Of a DNA stretch of 46,924 bases, positions 27,892-37,141 are shown piece after piece. The notes beneath the pieces are model-generated. The model was not told where the DNA came from, searched no databases, and was given only the letters and a program-made list of their open reading frames with translations. Source of the stretch: a virus (lineage: Duplodnaviria > Heunggongvirae > Uroviricota > Caudoviricetes); IMG/VR virus record IMGVR_UViG_2695420343_000002. One strand, 5' to 3'. Position 1 is the stretch's first letter. Each line of letters begins with the position of its first letter. A program made the translations under genes and the position numbers.

Positions 27892-29625
27892 TTAAAGCGA
27901 GCGGATCCCGTAGGACTCAATGTGGTCGGACAGCGTGTCTTCTTTCTCATACAGCATGGCTCTGCCAACCGCCATAATCAGCGCAACTGCACCATCGATT
28001 TTGTTTTCCGCCTGCTCTTTGACGGGCTTCACCACATCATCGTTACCCGGAATGGTTTTGCCGATCACGTTGCCGATACACCAGGTCATGATGGGATTGC
28101 CATCATGATGAAAGCGCCCCGATTCAATTGCCGCTTCCAGCTCTTTCATCGGGTCGGACATGTTGGTGTAGTTCTGAATGATGGTGATGGGATTCAGGTC
28201 TTCATCAGCAAGGTCATGTGACAGCCCGGTCGCCCCGAAGGGGTCGATGGGTGACTCGCTGACCGGGCTGATTTTGTTCGCCGCTTTGGCCTCTTCGAGG
28301 ATGTAGCGATAATCCACCTCTGCACCATCGGTAACGGTCAGGACGCCCATTTCCACCCATTTCTGAAAGCGTTCGGCTGTCCGGCGATCTTCATTTTTCT
28401 CGACGCTGTACACCGTGTCATACGGTACCCAGAAACGCGGGGCCACACTGTAGTAATGCGTTTTACCGTCAATCTCGCGGGTATAAAGTCGCGCCATGCT
28501 GTTCATATCCAGCTTACGCGCCAGGTCAAAGGCCAGAATGCACGGCTGCCCCTCGAACTGCTCAAGGGTCAGTGATTTATCCTCGCAGCTCTGCCAGCTC
28601 ACCAGGTTGAAATACGCCGAACGCGCCGACACCCAGATATTGAGGTGTTTTGTTTTAAAGACGTTTGCCAGACGGGCGTTATTTTTCGCACGCTGCTGCT
28701 GACTTAACAAAAATTCGCGATAAACCGACACGCCAATATTCGGGTTAGCTTTTTCCAGCACCTGCGGGTCGGTCCAGTCATCGCCTTCGTCAACGGTATA
28801 GATGATCCCGAACAGTTCATCGTTGGGTACCGACCCGTTGAGCATCTCGATAACTTCCCTTCGCTTGTCGTAGCACGGCCCCTCAATGTTGTACCCGGCA
28901 GTAGTAATGGCCCACATCAGTGGCTGACGTCGCGCCCCCATCCCGGTAAGCATCGTGGTGTAAAGCGCATCGGTGGCGTGCTCGTGATATTCATCCACCA
29001 CCGCACAGTGGGGTGATGAACCATCACCGGGGTTACCGATCAGCGGTTCAAACCGCGCGCCATCCTCCGGACGATTCATGTTTGAGGCGTTAACCTCAAT
29101 CCCGAACGCTTCCGTCAGCATGGGTGTGCGTTTACACATCAGTCGCGCCGGGCGAAAGACTTCCCACGCCTGTTTCTCTGTCGTGGCACCGGAATACACT
29201 TCCGCGCCAAACTCGTTATCACAGGCAAAACAATACAGGGCAACACCGGCAGAGATTGCCGATTTGCCGTTCTTACGGGGGATTTCGGTATACACCTCCC
29301 GGAAGCGGCGCAGCCGGGACCCTTTATTGACCCAGCCAAACGCACAGCAGACCACAAATAGCTGCCACGGCTCCAGCGTGATGGGCATCCTCTTGAATGC
29401 CCACTCACCCTTGGTGTGCGGCAACAGCTGAATAAATTTGGCGGCCCGTTCAGCCAGGTCCTTGTCGAAGCGGTAACGAAACGACTTACTTTTTTCCGCC
29501 ATCAGGTCATCAAGATGGCGCTGGCAGGCCTGAATCACAAACTGGCAGGCCACAATCTTTCCGCGCACAACATCACGGGCATACTGATTGGCAGCATTTA
29601 CGTTGGGGTAAGATTTCCGGCTCAT
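27892..29625 (-). CDS. Terminase large subunit
   Basis: 577 aa; [36 protein letters not shown] region typical of TerL ATPase/nuclease. Confidence 0.9.
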
Positions 29626-30125
29626 GACTCGATGATTTTCAGAAACGGGTTAGTGGCTTTCTTCTGCCCCGCCAGGCCAATCAGACGCTGGCGGCTGCTG
29701 GGGTCGAGTCCGAGCATTGCCCCCGTGCTGCTCATCTCGGACTCCTGTTCTTTTTTGGCGGTCAGCTCCGGATTTTTGACCCTGCCGCCCATTGCACCGG
29801 TGATGGTGTTGCCCTGTATGGCAATATTTTTCACGGCACGTCGCCAGAACTCATAGGCCACGCACCACCGCTCAAGCACCGCGAGGTCAGTCACGCACAA
29901 CAGGCCCTGACCGCAGAGTTCTTTGGTTGTCAGTTGCCACATGATCGTGGCGAGAGGGAGATCTTCTTCAGCGAACCACTCTGGTGGCTCAACACCTTTG
30001 ATGGGCGTAAAAACAGGTTCATCTTTGTTCAGGGCTCGCTTGCCGGGGTTTCCGGCCAGCGCCTTGCGCGCCGTTGGCTTGGGGCGACGCCCGGAACGCC
30101 CCGCCGTTCCAGCCATATGCGGCAC
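29622..30125 (-). CDS. Terminase small subunit (P27-family-like)
   Basis: 167 aa overlapping the TerL start, preceded by an HNH gene. Confidence 0.75.
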   Translation of the reverse strand: MPHMAGTAGRSGRRPKPTARKALAGNPGKRALNKDEPVFTPIKGVEPPEWFAEEDLPLATIMWQLTTKELCGQGLLCVTDLAVLERWCVAYEFWRRAVKNIAIQGNTITGAMGGRVKNPELTAKKEQESEMSSTGAMLGLDPSSRQRLIGLAGQKKATNPFLKIIES

Positions 30126-30166
30126 TCCTGGTTAAATTTCATTTTTCGCGGGTATAAAAAAACGAT

Positions 30167-30215
30167 GGGGCGGGCAGTCCGGAAGACGTCAGGCCGCAGG
30201 GATTTGACCCGCCCC
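30167..30215. other. Candidate cos / packaging-site region
   Basis: GC-rich inverted repeat GGGGCGGG ... CCCGCCCC between the HNH and TerS genes. Confidence 0.3.
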
Positions 30216-30241
30216 TCCCCTCAGGCAGTTGAGAATAATTA

Positions 30242-30592
30242 TCACTTCAACCGTTCACGGGCCGTCTTCGCCTTATGACACGGCCAGCACAGACTCTGCA
30301 GATTACAGTCGGCATCAGTGCCGCCATGCGCTTTAGGGATGATGTGGTCAACAGTTTTCGCCTCACGCACCACACCAGCACGTAGACATAGCTGACACAG
30401 GCCTTTGTCACGCTTCAGGACACGCACGCGGATAACATCCCACTTCGAACCATAACCGCGCTGATGACGAGATTGTCCTGGCTTGTATTGCTTCCAGCCT
30501 TCGCTTTTGTGGCTTTCGCAGTAGCCTGACGGGTCTGTGGTGGTATTACGGCAACCTCGAGCACGGCAGGCTTTCGGGATTCGTGGCGGCAT
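30242..30592 (-). CDS. HNH endonuclease (terminase-associated)
   Basis: 116 aa; CxxC...HIIPKAHGG...CxxCH layout. Confidence 0.85.
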   Translation of the reverse strand: MPPRIPKACRARGCRNTTTDPSGYCESHKSEGWKQYKPGQSRHQRGYGSKWDVIRVRVLKRDKGLCQLCLRAGVVREAKTVDHIIPKAHGGTDADCNLQSLCWPCHKAKTARERLK

Positions 30593-30878
30593 ATGTACTA
30601 ATCTCCGATTTATCCAAATTTAACTGCCATAATGCCGACATTCTCTGCCATTGTTGGCTCCGTTTATCCGTTAAAAGGGATATCAGTTAAGTTATCCCGT
30701 GCAGAGTATAAGCCATTGTCGAGACCACTCATTGAATGGCCTCTGCAATAACCGATGTCTTTCCATCAGTCCGCCACCACAAAGAATCTTTTTTGCCATA
30801 AGGCTGGAGGTTCATCTTTCAGTGGCTGCCAGTGTTATTTCCCCACTTACTGGCTTGGGTTGTTTCGCGGTGCTGCCG

Positions 30879-31421
30879 TTAATTGGTGAGTCCGGGGATT
30901 ACGGTTTGCCCGTGCTGTTCAAGGCGTTCAATTCTAGCCAGCAGCTGTGGCTTCTTAATTTTTCCCCAGCGATTTAGCAGGCGACCTGACATGCTGGCAA
31001 CATCCTTCTCTTTCATGTACTCCAGCATTACGGCATTTCGCTCTTCTTCAAATTGACGATTACCAACCTGAAGCATGGCGTACATCCAGTTGAATGCGTT
31101 GATGTAAGCAATTTTGATACGCATTGCTTCTTTTTTGGTGTAGGACATAACCAAAAGCATCAACCCATCCTTACGTAGCCGATAGAATTTTTGTGGCTTA
31201 CCATTCTGTAACTCATTGTTTTTATAGCAAACCTCAAAATTGAGTTTTGCATCAAACTCTTCAGGACAAGCAGCGATAGTTCTTTCTACATCACGCACAA
31301 CGTTGTCATGTCGCTTACGAAATGCTTTCGCCACCATAAATGAATCGGTGACAGGGTCATTGTTGGTAATAAAAACCAGTTCTTTGAAATCAATGCCGTC
31401 AACGATAGTTGGATAATTCAT
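30879..31421 (-). CDS. Rha-family phage regulatory protein
   Basis: 180 aa; N-terminal FRKRHDNVVRDVERTI resembles the Rha domain motif. Confidence 0.65.
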   Translation of the reverse strand: MNYPTIVDGIDFKELVFITNNDPVTDSFMVAKAFRKRHDNVVRDVERTIAACPEEFDAKLNFEVCYKNNELQNGKPQKFYRLRKDGLMLLVMSYTKKEAMRIKIAYINAFNWMYAMLQVGNRQFEEERNAVMLEYMKEKDVASMSGRLLNRWGKIKKPQLLARIERLEQHGQTVIPGLTN

Positions 31422-31568
31422 CGGTAATTACCTTTTAGTGATGAACCTTGTCACACAGGATTCCGGCCCACAGAAAGGCACCGATAACCAAACCGGCATC
31501 CTCAAGGGTCATCCTGAAAGGCTCTGTGTTCATAAGTCGCGCGTGTGAAGCGCATTTACTGAGGACAT

Positions 31569-31592
31569 AAAAAAGCCCCGCTTCTGCGAGGC
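31569..31592 (-). terminator. Rho-independent terminator after the lysis cassette
   Basis: On the minus strand GCCTCGCAGAAGCGGGGC followed by TTTTTT, about 45 bp after the Rz stop. Confidence 0.55.
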
Positions 31593-31634
31593 ATTTTCCT
31601 GAAAGTCACTTGTTAAATTTCAGTGAAGTTAAAA

Positions 31635-32096
31635 TTATTTTAAGCACTGAGTCCTAATATACTCCTGCAGGTAGTTAACCTGCGCGGTTATCCTGTCGAT
31701 TCCACTTCGGAGACGGTAATAATTGAGTTCAGCATCTGCTGTAAGTCCTGGGCTTTCTCCATCGCCCATGCCGCTGGCTCCGGTCGTTGACTTTGCACAG
31801 GTGGCGGCGACTTGCAGGCGCTTACGACCAGCAGAAACATCAGCACGGAGACTTTCGATAGTCGCGTTAGCATCAGCAAGCTCCTTTGTATATCTGGCAT
31901 CGAGTTCTGCTACGTCACGTTGACGCTTCTGCATATCAGAGATCGTCGCCATAGCCGAATCTAATGCCATAGCGTTTTCGTCGCGCTGTTTTTTGTATTC
32001 AATGGCTTTATTGTGGTAATGATTAGCTGACCAGACAAGACCACCAGCAATACAAGCAATAAACGTTAAAATGAGCGCCCAATAACTCGTCTTCAT
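31635..32096 (-). CDS. Rz-like i-spanin
   Basis: 153 aa with N-terminal TM segment and coiled coil; overlaps the endolysin stop. Confidence 0.8.
   Translation of the reverse strand: MKTSYWALILTFIACIAGGLVWSANHYHNKAIEYKKQRDENAMALDSAMATISDMQKRQRDVAELDARYTKELADANATIESLRADVSAGRKRLQVAATCAKSTTGASGMGDGESPGLTADAELNYYRLRSGIDRITAQVNYLQEYIRTQCLK
31688..31900 (-). CDS. Rz1-like o-spanin lipoprotein, embedded in Rz in another frame
   Basis: Lipobox LLVVSAC followed by Pro-rich KSPPPVQSQRPEPAAWAM; true start may be the internal Met at 31873. Confidence 0.75.
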   Translation of the reverse strand: MPDIQRSLLMLTRLSKVSVLMFLLVVSACKSPPPVQSQRPEPAAWAMEKAQDLQQMLNSIITVSEVESTG

Positions 32097-32707
32097 ACCA
32101 GCAGCGCCGCCCGCGCCTTGTTGTATCGAATCTTACGATCCTCAATACCGTTCAGACCGCCGTTAATGATGCGCGTAACACGATTAATATCGGCACCGTA
32201 GACCATGCAGCCTTTAGATGTGTAGAACCATGCAGCTGAGCGCGCGGCCTGTAGATCCTGCTCCAGTTGTTCAGGTGAAGTCACCAGATCTAACTTCAGC
32301 GCCGCGCCACAGATGCGATAATTATGGAGGCCAGTGATTTGAATTAATCCTCTACCGCGATATTTCCAGCCATCACCTGGTGCTTTGTTACCCAGTCGGT
32401 TGCTATACACAAGATTGGCAATAGCATCCTGACGAGCTGCATGTCCGGATGTTCTGCCAAGGGCATCAGCCTGCTGCTGTGTGATCCTCTTTCCGAACGT
32501 CGCCACAAGCGCAGATGGTGTGTAGTTAAAATTTTCAACTACGGCGCTAAACCCCATCGACTCATGGCCTACCTGAGCGATAAACATTGCCTGATCCGCT
32601 GGTGCTGTAATGCCGAATTCCTTCATCGCCGCATCAATGTGCGGAAACCAGCGCGCAGCCAGCCCGGCGCTAATACCAGCCGCCTTTTGAAATAATTGTT
32701 GGTTCAT
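32093..32707 (-). CDS. Endolysin, glycoside hydrolase family 19-like
   Basis: 204 aa; FIAQVGHES...YRGRGLIQITG resembles chitinase-class-I/GH19 lysozyme motifs. Confidence 0.75.
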   Translation of the reverse strand: MNQQLFQKAAGISAGLAARWFPHIDAAMKEFGITAPADQAMFIAQVGHESMGFSAVVENFNYTPSALVATFGKRITQQQADALGRTSGHAARQDAIANLVYSNRLGNKAPGDGWKYRGRGLIQITGLHNYRICGAALKLDLVTSPEQLEQDLQAARSAAWFYTSKGCMVYGADINRVTRIINGGLNGIEDRKIRYNKARAALLV

Positions 32708-32988
32708 TAGTGCCTCAGATGATCAACCAGACGTGCAACGTTGCCTCTGACGGCCACCAGCACGGAAAGAAAAATAGTGTTCGCCACGATAATGGGCCAT
32801 GAGGAATGAGGATAAATCCCACAGAGATAGGCCAACGGAACAGCACTGTATGTAACAGTAATCAGCCAGGCTAAACGTGAAACCCAAGGACGATGCCGCG
32901 AATCACCACGACGATAAAACATCAGAGTAATAACAACACAAGCACATAACAGCGCATTTATAGTTGCTGTCGGGTCATTTAGCTCCAC
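32707..32988 (-). CDS. Holin/antiholin-like membrane protein
   Basis: 93 aa, three hydrophobic segments, directly upstream of the endolysin. Confidence 0.55.
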   Translation of the reverse strand: MELNDPTATINALLCACVVITLMFYRRGDSRHRPWVSRLAWLITVTYSAVPLAYLCGIYPHSSWPIIVANTIFLSVLVAVRGNVARLVDHLRH

Positions 32989-33361
32989 CTGAACCTCCCC
33001 GGCGCGTTATGAGCGCCACCAGCGAGCCGATATCCTGATTATTCAGGAACGTCAGGATTTTAACGGCTAAAGCAGAGACGATTACGGCACCAATAGCATC
33101 CAGAGGTTTATCACTGTATCCGGTCAAGTTCGCCAGCTTGGAGCCAACCAACCCAGAGCAAAGAATCCCGGCAATATATGACACGATAAAATATGCCAGT
33201 CGGCGCGATGCACTCAGATCTGCTGCTGTTGCTATGTAGAATACAGCCCCTGCAAATGCGCCAAATACAACGCCGTAATCAGTTCCGGTCAGCAGTCCAT
33301 AAACACTGGCACCCGTCAGGACACCACCAGCCAGCCCAGTACCGGAAATCGGATCGGACAT
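32975..33361 (-). CDS. Holin-like membrane protein
   Basis: 128 aa, Gly/Ala-rich hydrophobic segments, first gene of the lysis cassette. Confidence 0.55.
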   Translation of the reverse strand: MSDPISGTGLAGGVLTGASVYGLLTGTDYGVVFGAFAGAVFYIATAADLSASRRLAYFIVSYIAGILCSGLVGSKLANLTGYSDKPLDAIGAVIVSALAVKILTFLNNQDIGSLVALITRRGGSGGAK

Positions 33362-33440
33362 TTAGCCCCCTCTTAATTGCTGTTGGTCCTCTCAGATATG
33401 AGGGGAAGGGATCTTAATGACAGTCTGTTTATTATTTCAG

Positions 33441-33698
33441 TCAAATACTACCCTGTTGATGATTTCTCAGAAGCGAACTTGACTCCCAGGGGAAACTCAA
33501 CTTTCCGTTAAAACCACCAGCAGACATTCGTTCAATTTCCACAGAAATATCACTGAGCCGTTCTTCAAGCTCTGCTTTTTCTTTTACCAGACGGTTATAG
33601 CGGCTTAGATGAAGCTTTTGCTGCTCCAGCCAGTCTTCAAGCTGTTCAACAGTCATACCAGGGTTAAAAAAATATGGCTGCTGCTTTTCGCCCTGCAT
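33441..33698 (-). CDS. Hypothetical coiled-coil protein (85 aa)
   Basis: Start MQGEKQQ has GGAGG 7 nt upstream; the longer track ORF to 33767 would read through the terminator hairpin. Confidence 0.45.
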   Translation of the reverse strand: MQGEKQQPYFFNPGMTVEQLEDWLEQQKLHLSRYNRLVKEKAELEERLSDISVEIERMSAGGFNGKLSFPWESSSLLRNHQQGSI

Positions 33699-33710
33699 TA
33701 TTGACCTCCA

Positions 33711-33738
33711 GAAAAGCAAAAACCCCGCCGAAGCGAGG
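33711..33738 (-). terminator. tR'-like terminator downstream of the Q-like gene
   Basis: On the minus strand CCTCGC-TTCG-GCGGGG followed by TTTTT. Confidence 0.55.
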
Positions 33739-33788
33739 TTTGTTATGATTTCGTTAACGGCAGACATACAAAGCCCATCGTTAGGAGA

Positions 33789-33817
33789 ATCCTAACCAGA
33801 TTTTTTGAAAAATGCAA
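33789..33817 (-). promoter_or_regulatory. Candidate late promoter (pR'-like)
   Basis: Minus strand TTGCAT-N17-TAGGAT between the Q-like gene and the terminator. Confidence 0.3.
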
Positions 33818-33848
33818 GCATCATGTCGCCATCTTCGGCGAAAATCAT

Positions 33849-34643
33849 TTATCTTGTCACTTTTCTCAATTGTGTCTCTGCATATGCTTCTTCCTGCCAG
33901 CACTTTGTAACCAGTTTATCAATGACATCTGCATATCCTTTGTACCACTGATAATCCGTCAGGTCCGGTACCAGTTTCTGGACATGATGCCGCGCCAGTG
34001 TGGTTGGTAAACGGCTAAACCGGTTTCCATTGCAACGCCCACAAATCTTATAAACAGGCGTGCCATGAAGCCGGGTCCTTTTTTCATCTAGGACAATACC
34101 TTTACCCTTACACCCTCTGCACGCTGTGCTGACTTCTCCCTTACCATGACAATGCTGACATAGTTCCTTCACCCACTCTTCCTTGATAACAGATTCCCCG
34201 CTTCTGGAGTGTTTCACCACTTCGCGCAATACATTATGAAATCCAGTACCAGCACAATGCTCACAGCGAGCCTTACTTGCCGCAGACCTGGAATAATCAG
34301 CAAAGGCAAAATTCACAAGGTAAGGGATGAGCTGTAACCGGGTTTCTTCACTCAATTTATTCAATGTCGGATTATCCAGTGCCATCGCGTAATTGAGCAG
34401 ACCTTCAATCGCAAATTGAGGATCCTGAACACCAACTTTTGCCAGGAATAAGGCAAACCCAAGCGGTGCTTTCGACTGCACCATCCCCTGCGCAGCCATC
34501 ACATCCGTAATCGTTAAACCACCTGAGCCTGTCGCCGGTGCGTCATCGCTCAATTTTGGAGATTTTGGGGAGTAATATTTTGGTAAGGCTTCAAGGTTCA
34601 TGCTCGTTCTCCACTTACGCCAATACGCCAATTGCCAGCGCAC
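33849..34643 (-). CDS. Late-gene antiterminator Q-like protein with CxxCxGxG zinc-finger repeats
   Basis: Three repeats CEHCAGTG, CQHCHGKG, CRGCKGKG; immediately upstream of the promoter/terminator unit and lysis genes; start may be the internal Met at 34601. Confidence 0.55.
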   Translation of the reverse strand: MRWQLAYWRKWRTSMNLEALPKYYSPKSPKLSDDAPATGSGGLTITDVMAAQGMVQSKAPLGFALFLAKVGVQDPQFAIEGLLNYAMALDNPTLNKLSEETRLQLIPYLVNFAFADYSRSAASKARCEHCAGTGFHNVLREVVKHSRSGESVIKEEWVKELCQHCHGKGEVSTACRGCKGKGIVLDEKRTRLHGTPVYKICGRCNGNRFSRLPTTLARHHVQKLVPDLTDYQWYKGYADVIDKLVTKCWQEEAYAETQLRKVTR

Positions 34644-35610
34644 GATCGATAAAACGAAATATCAGCTCCAGCTGAGAGCCATACTTCTCTTCAAATGCCA
34701 CGGTATCCGCATGCAGCTCGTCGTGATGCTTTCTGCACAAAGGCAACACAAAGAGGTCATGCGCTTTTGTACCCATTCCACCCTGACCGTGGCCTATCAG
34801 GTGGTGGGGATCATCAGCAGGCTTTCCACAACATGCACACGGCTGTGTCTTAACCCAGCGCGTGTACTTTTCATTAACCCAGCGGCGGCGTTTTGGGCGT
34901 AACATAAAAGACTCCGGCGACTCCGGATCCACTTTCAGCGCCAGCACCTTTTTCGCCTTATCCTGGATGATGCTGGTGGCAGGAACCGAAGGCACAAGGT
35001 CACTTTCCCGGGTGACAGACGGCACAACAGGCTTCGGTAATCTCAGTGCCTTACGGGCTGCACTTTCCGGTAAGGCATCCGCCAGGTCATTACGAATCAG
35101 CCACCAGCACAGTTCCGGCATTGTCACGGCATGGTTATCATCAAAACCGAGATCCAGACGGACTACAGACAACACCCAGCGGGCACAGTTATCCGTTGCC
35201 ATTGATTCCAGCCGTTCCGTGAACTGATCGCGCAGCTGGTTATCGCAGTGCCAGCACAGACGGATCGCGCCCGGCGCGTGTCGCATTGTGGTCATGTTCT
35301 CGCTGTGCCAGTCGGAATGAGGCCACTGGCAGCCTTTTTCACGAAGTAACCAGCTTTCAAGACATTCCACGCCACCAGCACGACGGATCACTGCCTCATT
35401 GCGGAACACGGCCCTAACGGCAGGATCATCCGCCAGCGGTTGTGATGCCGCCGGAACGGCACCACTGGCGAAAGATGAATAACGTTCCGGCTCAGGCTCC
35501 AGCAGGACACGCCCCTGCATAAACAGGGGCATCAGCTCTGAACCTGGTCTGAACAATACAATCCCCATACGCGGGGCTATTTCAGGGGTCAGTAGTGCTC
35601 TCACGGTCAC
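34615..35610 (-). CDS. DUF968-like protein (YdfU-like)
   Basis: 331 aa; C-terminal CACCGKP...HHLIGHG...LPLCRKHHDELH. Confidence 0.55.
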   Translation of the reverse strand: MTVRALLTPEIAPRMGIVLFRPGSELMPLFMQGRVLLEPEPERYSSFASGAVPAASQPLADDPAVRAVFRNEAVIRRAGGVECLESWLLREKGCQWPHSDWHSENMTTMRHAPGAIRLCWHCDNQLRDQFTERLESMATDNCARWVLSVVRLDLGFDDNHAVTMPELCWWLIRNDLADALPESAARKALRLPKPVVPSVTRESDLVPSVPATSIIQDKAKKVLALKVDPESPESFMLRPKRRRWVNEKYTRWVKTQPCACCGKPADDPHHLIGHGQGGMGTKAHDLFVLPLCRKHHDELHADTVAFEEKYGSQLELIFRFIDRALAIGVLA

Positions 35611-35611
35611 C

Positions 35612-36409
35612 TCAATGAACGGTATCGAGCAGCTTTAACAGCTCAGGGAATCGGGATTCGAAGAAATGCGGCTGCGTCTCGCGCGGATTTGCGGGACTGG
35701 TGATGTTCTTGCCGAACATGCAGCCTTTCGCTGTCAGCGACCAGAATTTTTTGATGTTGTTAATCGCGGTACGGCTGTATCGTTCGCGCTGCTCGACGAT
35801 CCCCAGCTTCACCATCTGGTGATATGCCTGATTAGCTGTCAGGCGGATACCATACTGCTTCAGCAGTGCACTCAGTGACAGCGTGGGACGGCTTGAGCCA
35901 TCAGGCGCGTCAGCAGGAGCATCAATGGCATAGCGCGGTGCCAGATTCGGTAAGCCAACAGCCTCCTGGAGTTTCTGACAGGCACCAAGCACTGAAGAGT
36001 TAGACAGGTTTAACTCCCGGCGCATAAAGTCCAGCAGAATCACGCCAGCCTGCATCTTGTCAGCAGCCTGCCCGGATAATTTTTCCGATGCGCTGGTTAC
36101 CATATCGAAAGTACGGATCACCTTCAGATGGAATGACGGGCTGATCCACATTGCATAGGCATACACCAGTTCTTTGCAGACATACGTCCCCTGGTTATTT
36201 CCGCCACGAATAACGTTAACTGGTTCTATATTGACCGAGTTGCAAATCTGCAACTCGCTTATTAAACGTTCAGTTTGCTCATTGCGGAGCCAGAATGCAG
36301 GCTTATGCTTATCCAGAGAACCAGCAGCCCTGTGCAGATCGTTCAGGCTGTAACGCCCATAAGCATCACGACGAACTTCAATACCATCAATAACCATCAG
36401 ATTATTCAT
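35612..36409 (-). CDS. KilA-N domain protein
   Basis: N-terminal region ...GTYVCKELVYAYAMWISPSFHLKVIRTFD resembles the KilA-N pattern. Confidence 0.6.
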   Translation of the reverse strand: MNNLMVIDGIEVRRDAYGRYSLNDLHRAAGSLDKHKPAFWLRNEQTERLISELQICNSVNIEPVNVIRGGNNQGTYVCKELVYAYAMWISPSFHLKVIRTFDMVTSASEKLSGQAADKMQAGVILLDFMRRELNLSNSSVLGACQKLQEAVGLPNLAPRYAIDAPADAPDGSSRPTLSLSALLKQYGIRLTANQAYHQMVKLGIVEQRERYSRTAINNIKKFWSLTAKGCMFGKNITSPANPRETQPHFFESRFPELLKLLDTVH

Positions 36410-36428
36410 ACTTCGTTTCTCCTCTTAA

Positions 36429-36818
36429 TCAGGCGGCTGCACCCGCCGGTTTCTCGTACTTACTGATAGTGATCTCGACCTTCCCTTCCGGGATAACCGG
36501 TCCCCACTCCACCAGCATTCTTTTCACCTGACTGTCGTCTTCCCACACACCCGCGTGGGTCAGGGCGTCAAACAGCGCCTTGTTATAGTTGTCCAGATCG
36601 CGGATCCGGTTATCCGGAGGAAACAACACGATCTCCACTGAAGCAGGTGCCGACGTTGGTTTTGGCAGACGACGTAACTGCTCAACTATTGCTGCACACG
36701 CCGCGCTCTGGAATTTGCGCCCCGCCGCGCTTATCAGGCTCTTACCAGCAAACGCCCCTTTGTTGGGGTGTCGCCAGTACGTGTTCACGCTGGGCGGGAA
36801 AGGCAGGATCAGCTTCAT
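36429..36818 (-). CDS. rusA: Holliday-junction resolvase RusA
   Basis: 129 aa; RDLDNYNKALFDALTHAGVWEDDSQV matches the RusA catalytic core of E. coli RusA. Confidence 0.8.
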   Translation of the reverse strand: MKLILPFPPSVNTYWRHPNKGAFAGKSLISAAGRKFQSAACAAIVEQLRRLPKPTSAPASVEIVLFPPDNRIRDLDNYNKALFDALTHAGVWEDDSQVKRMLVEWGPVIPEGKVEITISKYEKPAGAAA

Positions 36819-37141
36819 ACTTTCAGGCCTCTCTCATGTAACCAGTGAGTTGCACGCAGCCTTGCGTTTTCCTCACCGGCAAGCAGTGAGCGGATAATTC
36901 CGACCACCTCGCTGTCGTCGTCCTTCATCGCGGTATGAATCTTTATCCCCCGGGCCACGCCACGCTTTATCGTGATGACGCCTTTTTTCTCCAGTGCGCG
37001 AAGATGTTCTACCGCAGCATTCACTGAACGGTATCCCAGCATGGTTGCCACCTCCTGATTGGTTGGCGGGAAGCCACGTTCTTTCTGGTAAGAAATCAGC
37101 ATATCCAGCACCTGCTGCTGGCATTGAGTTAATGTCGTCAT
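36815..37141 (-). CDS. LexA DNA-binding-domain-only protein (no S24 peptidase domain)
   Basis: 108 aa aligning to LexA residues about 1-75 (LTQCQQQVLDML...GFPPTNQEVATMLGYRSVNAAVEHLRALEKKGVI...ARGI); no Ala-Gly cleavage site or Ser/Lys protease domain. Confidence 0.7.
   Translation of the reverse strand: MTTLTQCQQQVLDMLISYQKERGFPPTNQEVATMLGYRSVNAAVEHLRALEKKGVITIKRGVARGIKIHTAMKDDDSEVVGIIRSLLAGEENARLRATHWLHERGLKV

Noticed and set aside
33441-33767. Full-length 108-aa version of the ORF after the Q-like gene
   Set aside because: Its first 23 codons would read through the terminator hairpin; the internal ATG at 33698 with a GGAGG RBS is the more plausible start.
33362-33848. Toxin or virulence cargo downstream of the Q-like gene (the Stx position in lambdoid phages)
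   Set aside because: Only a short promoter/terminator unit and one small coiled-coil ORF are present; nothing toxin-like.
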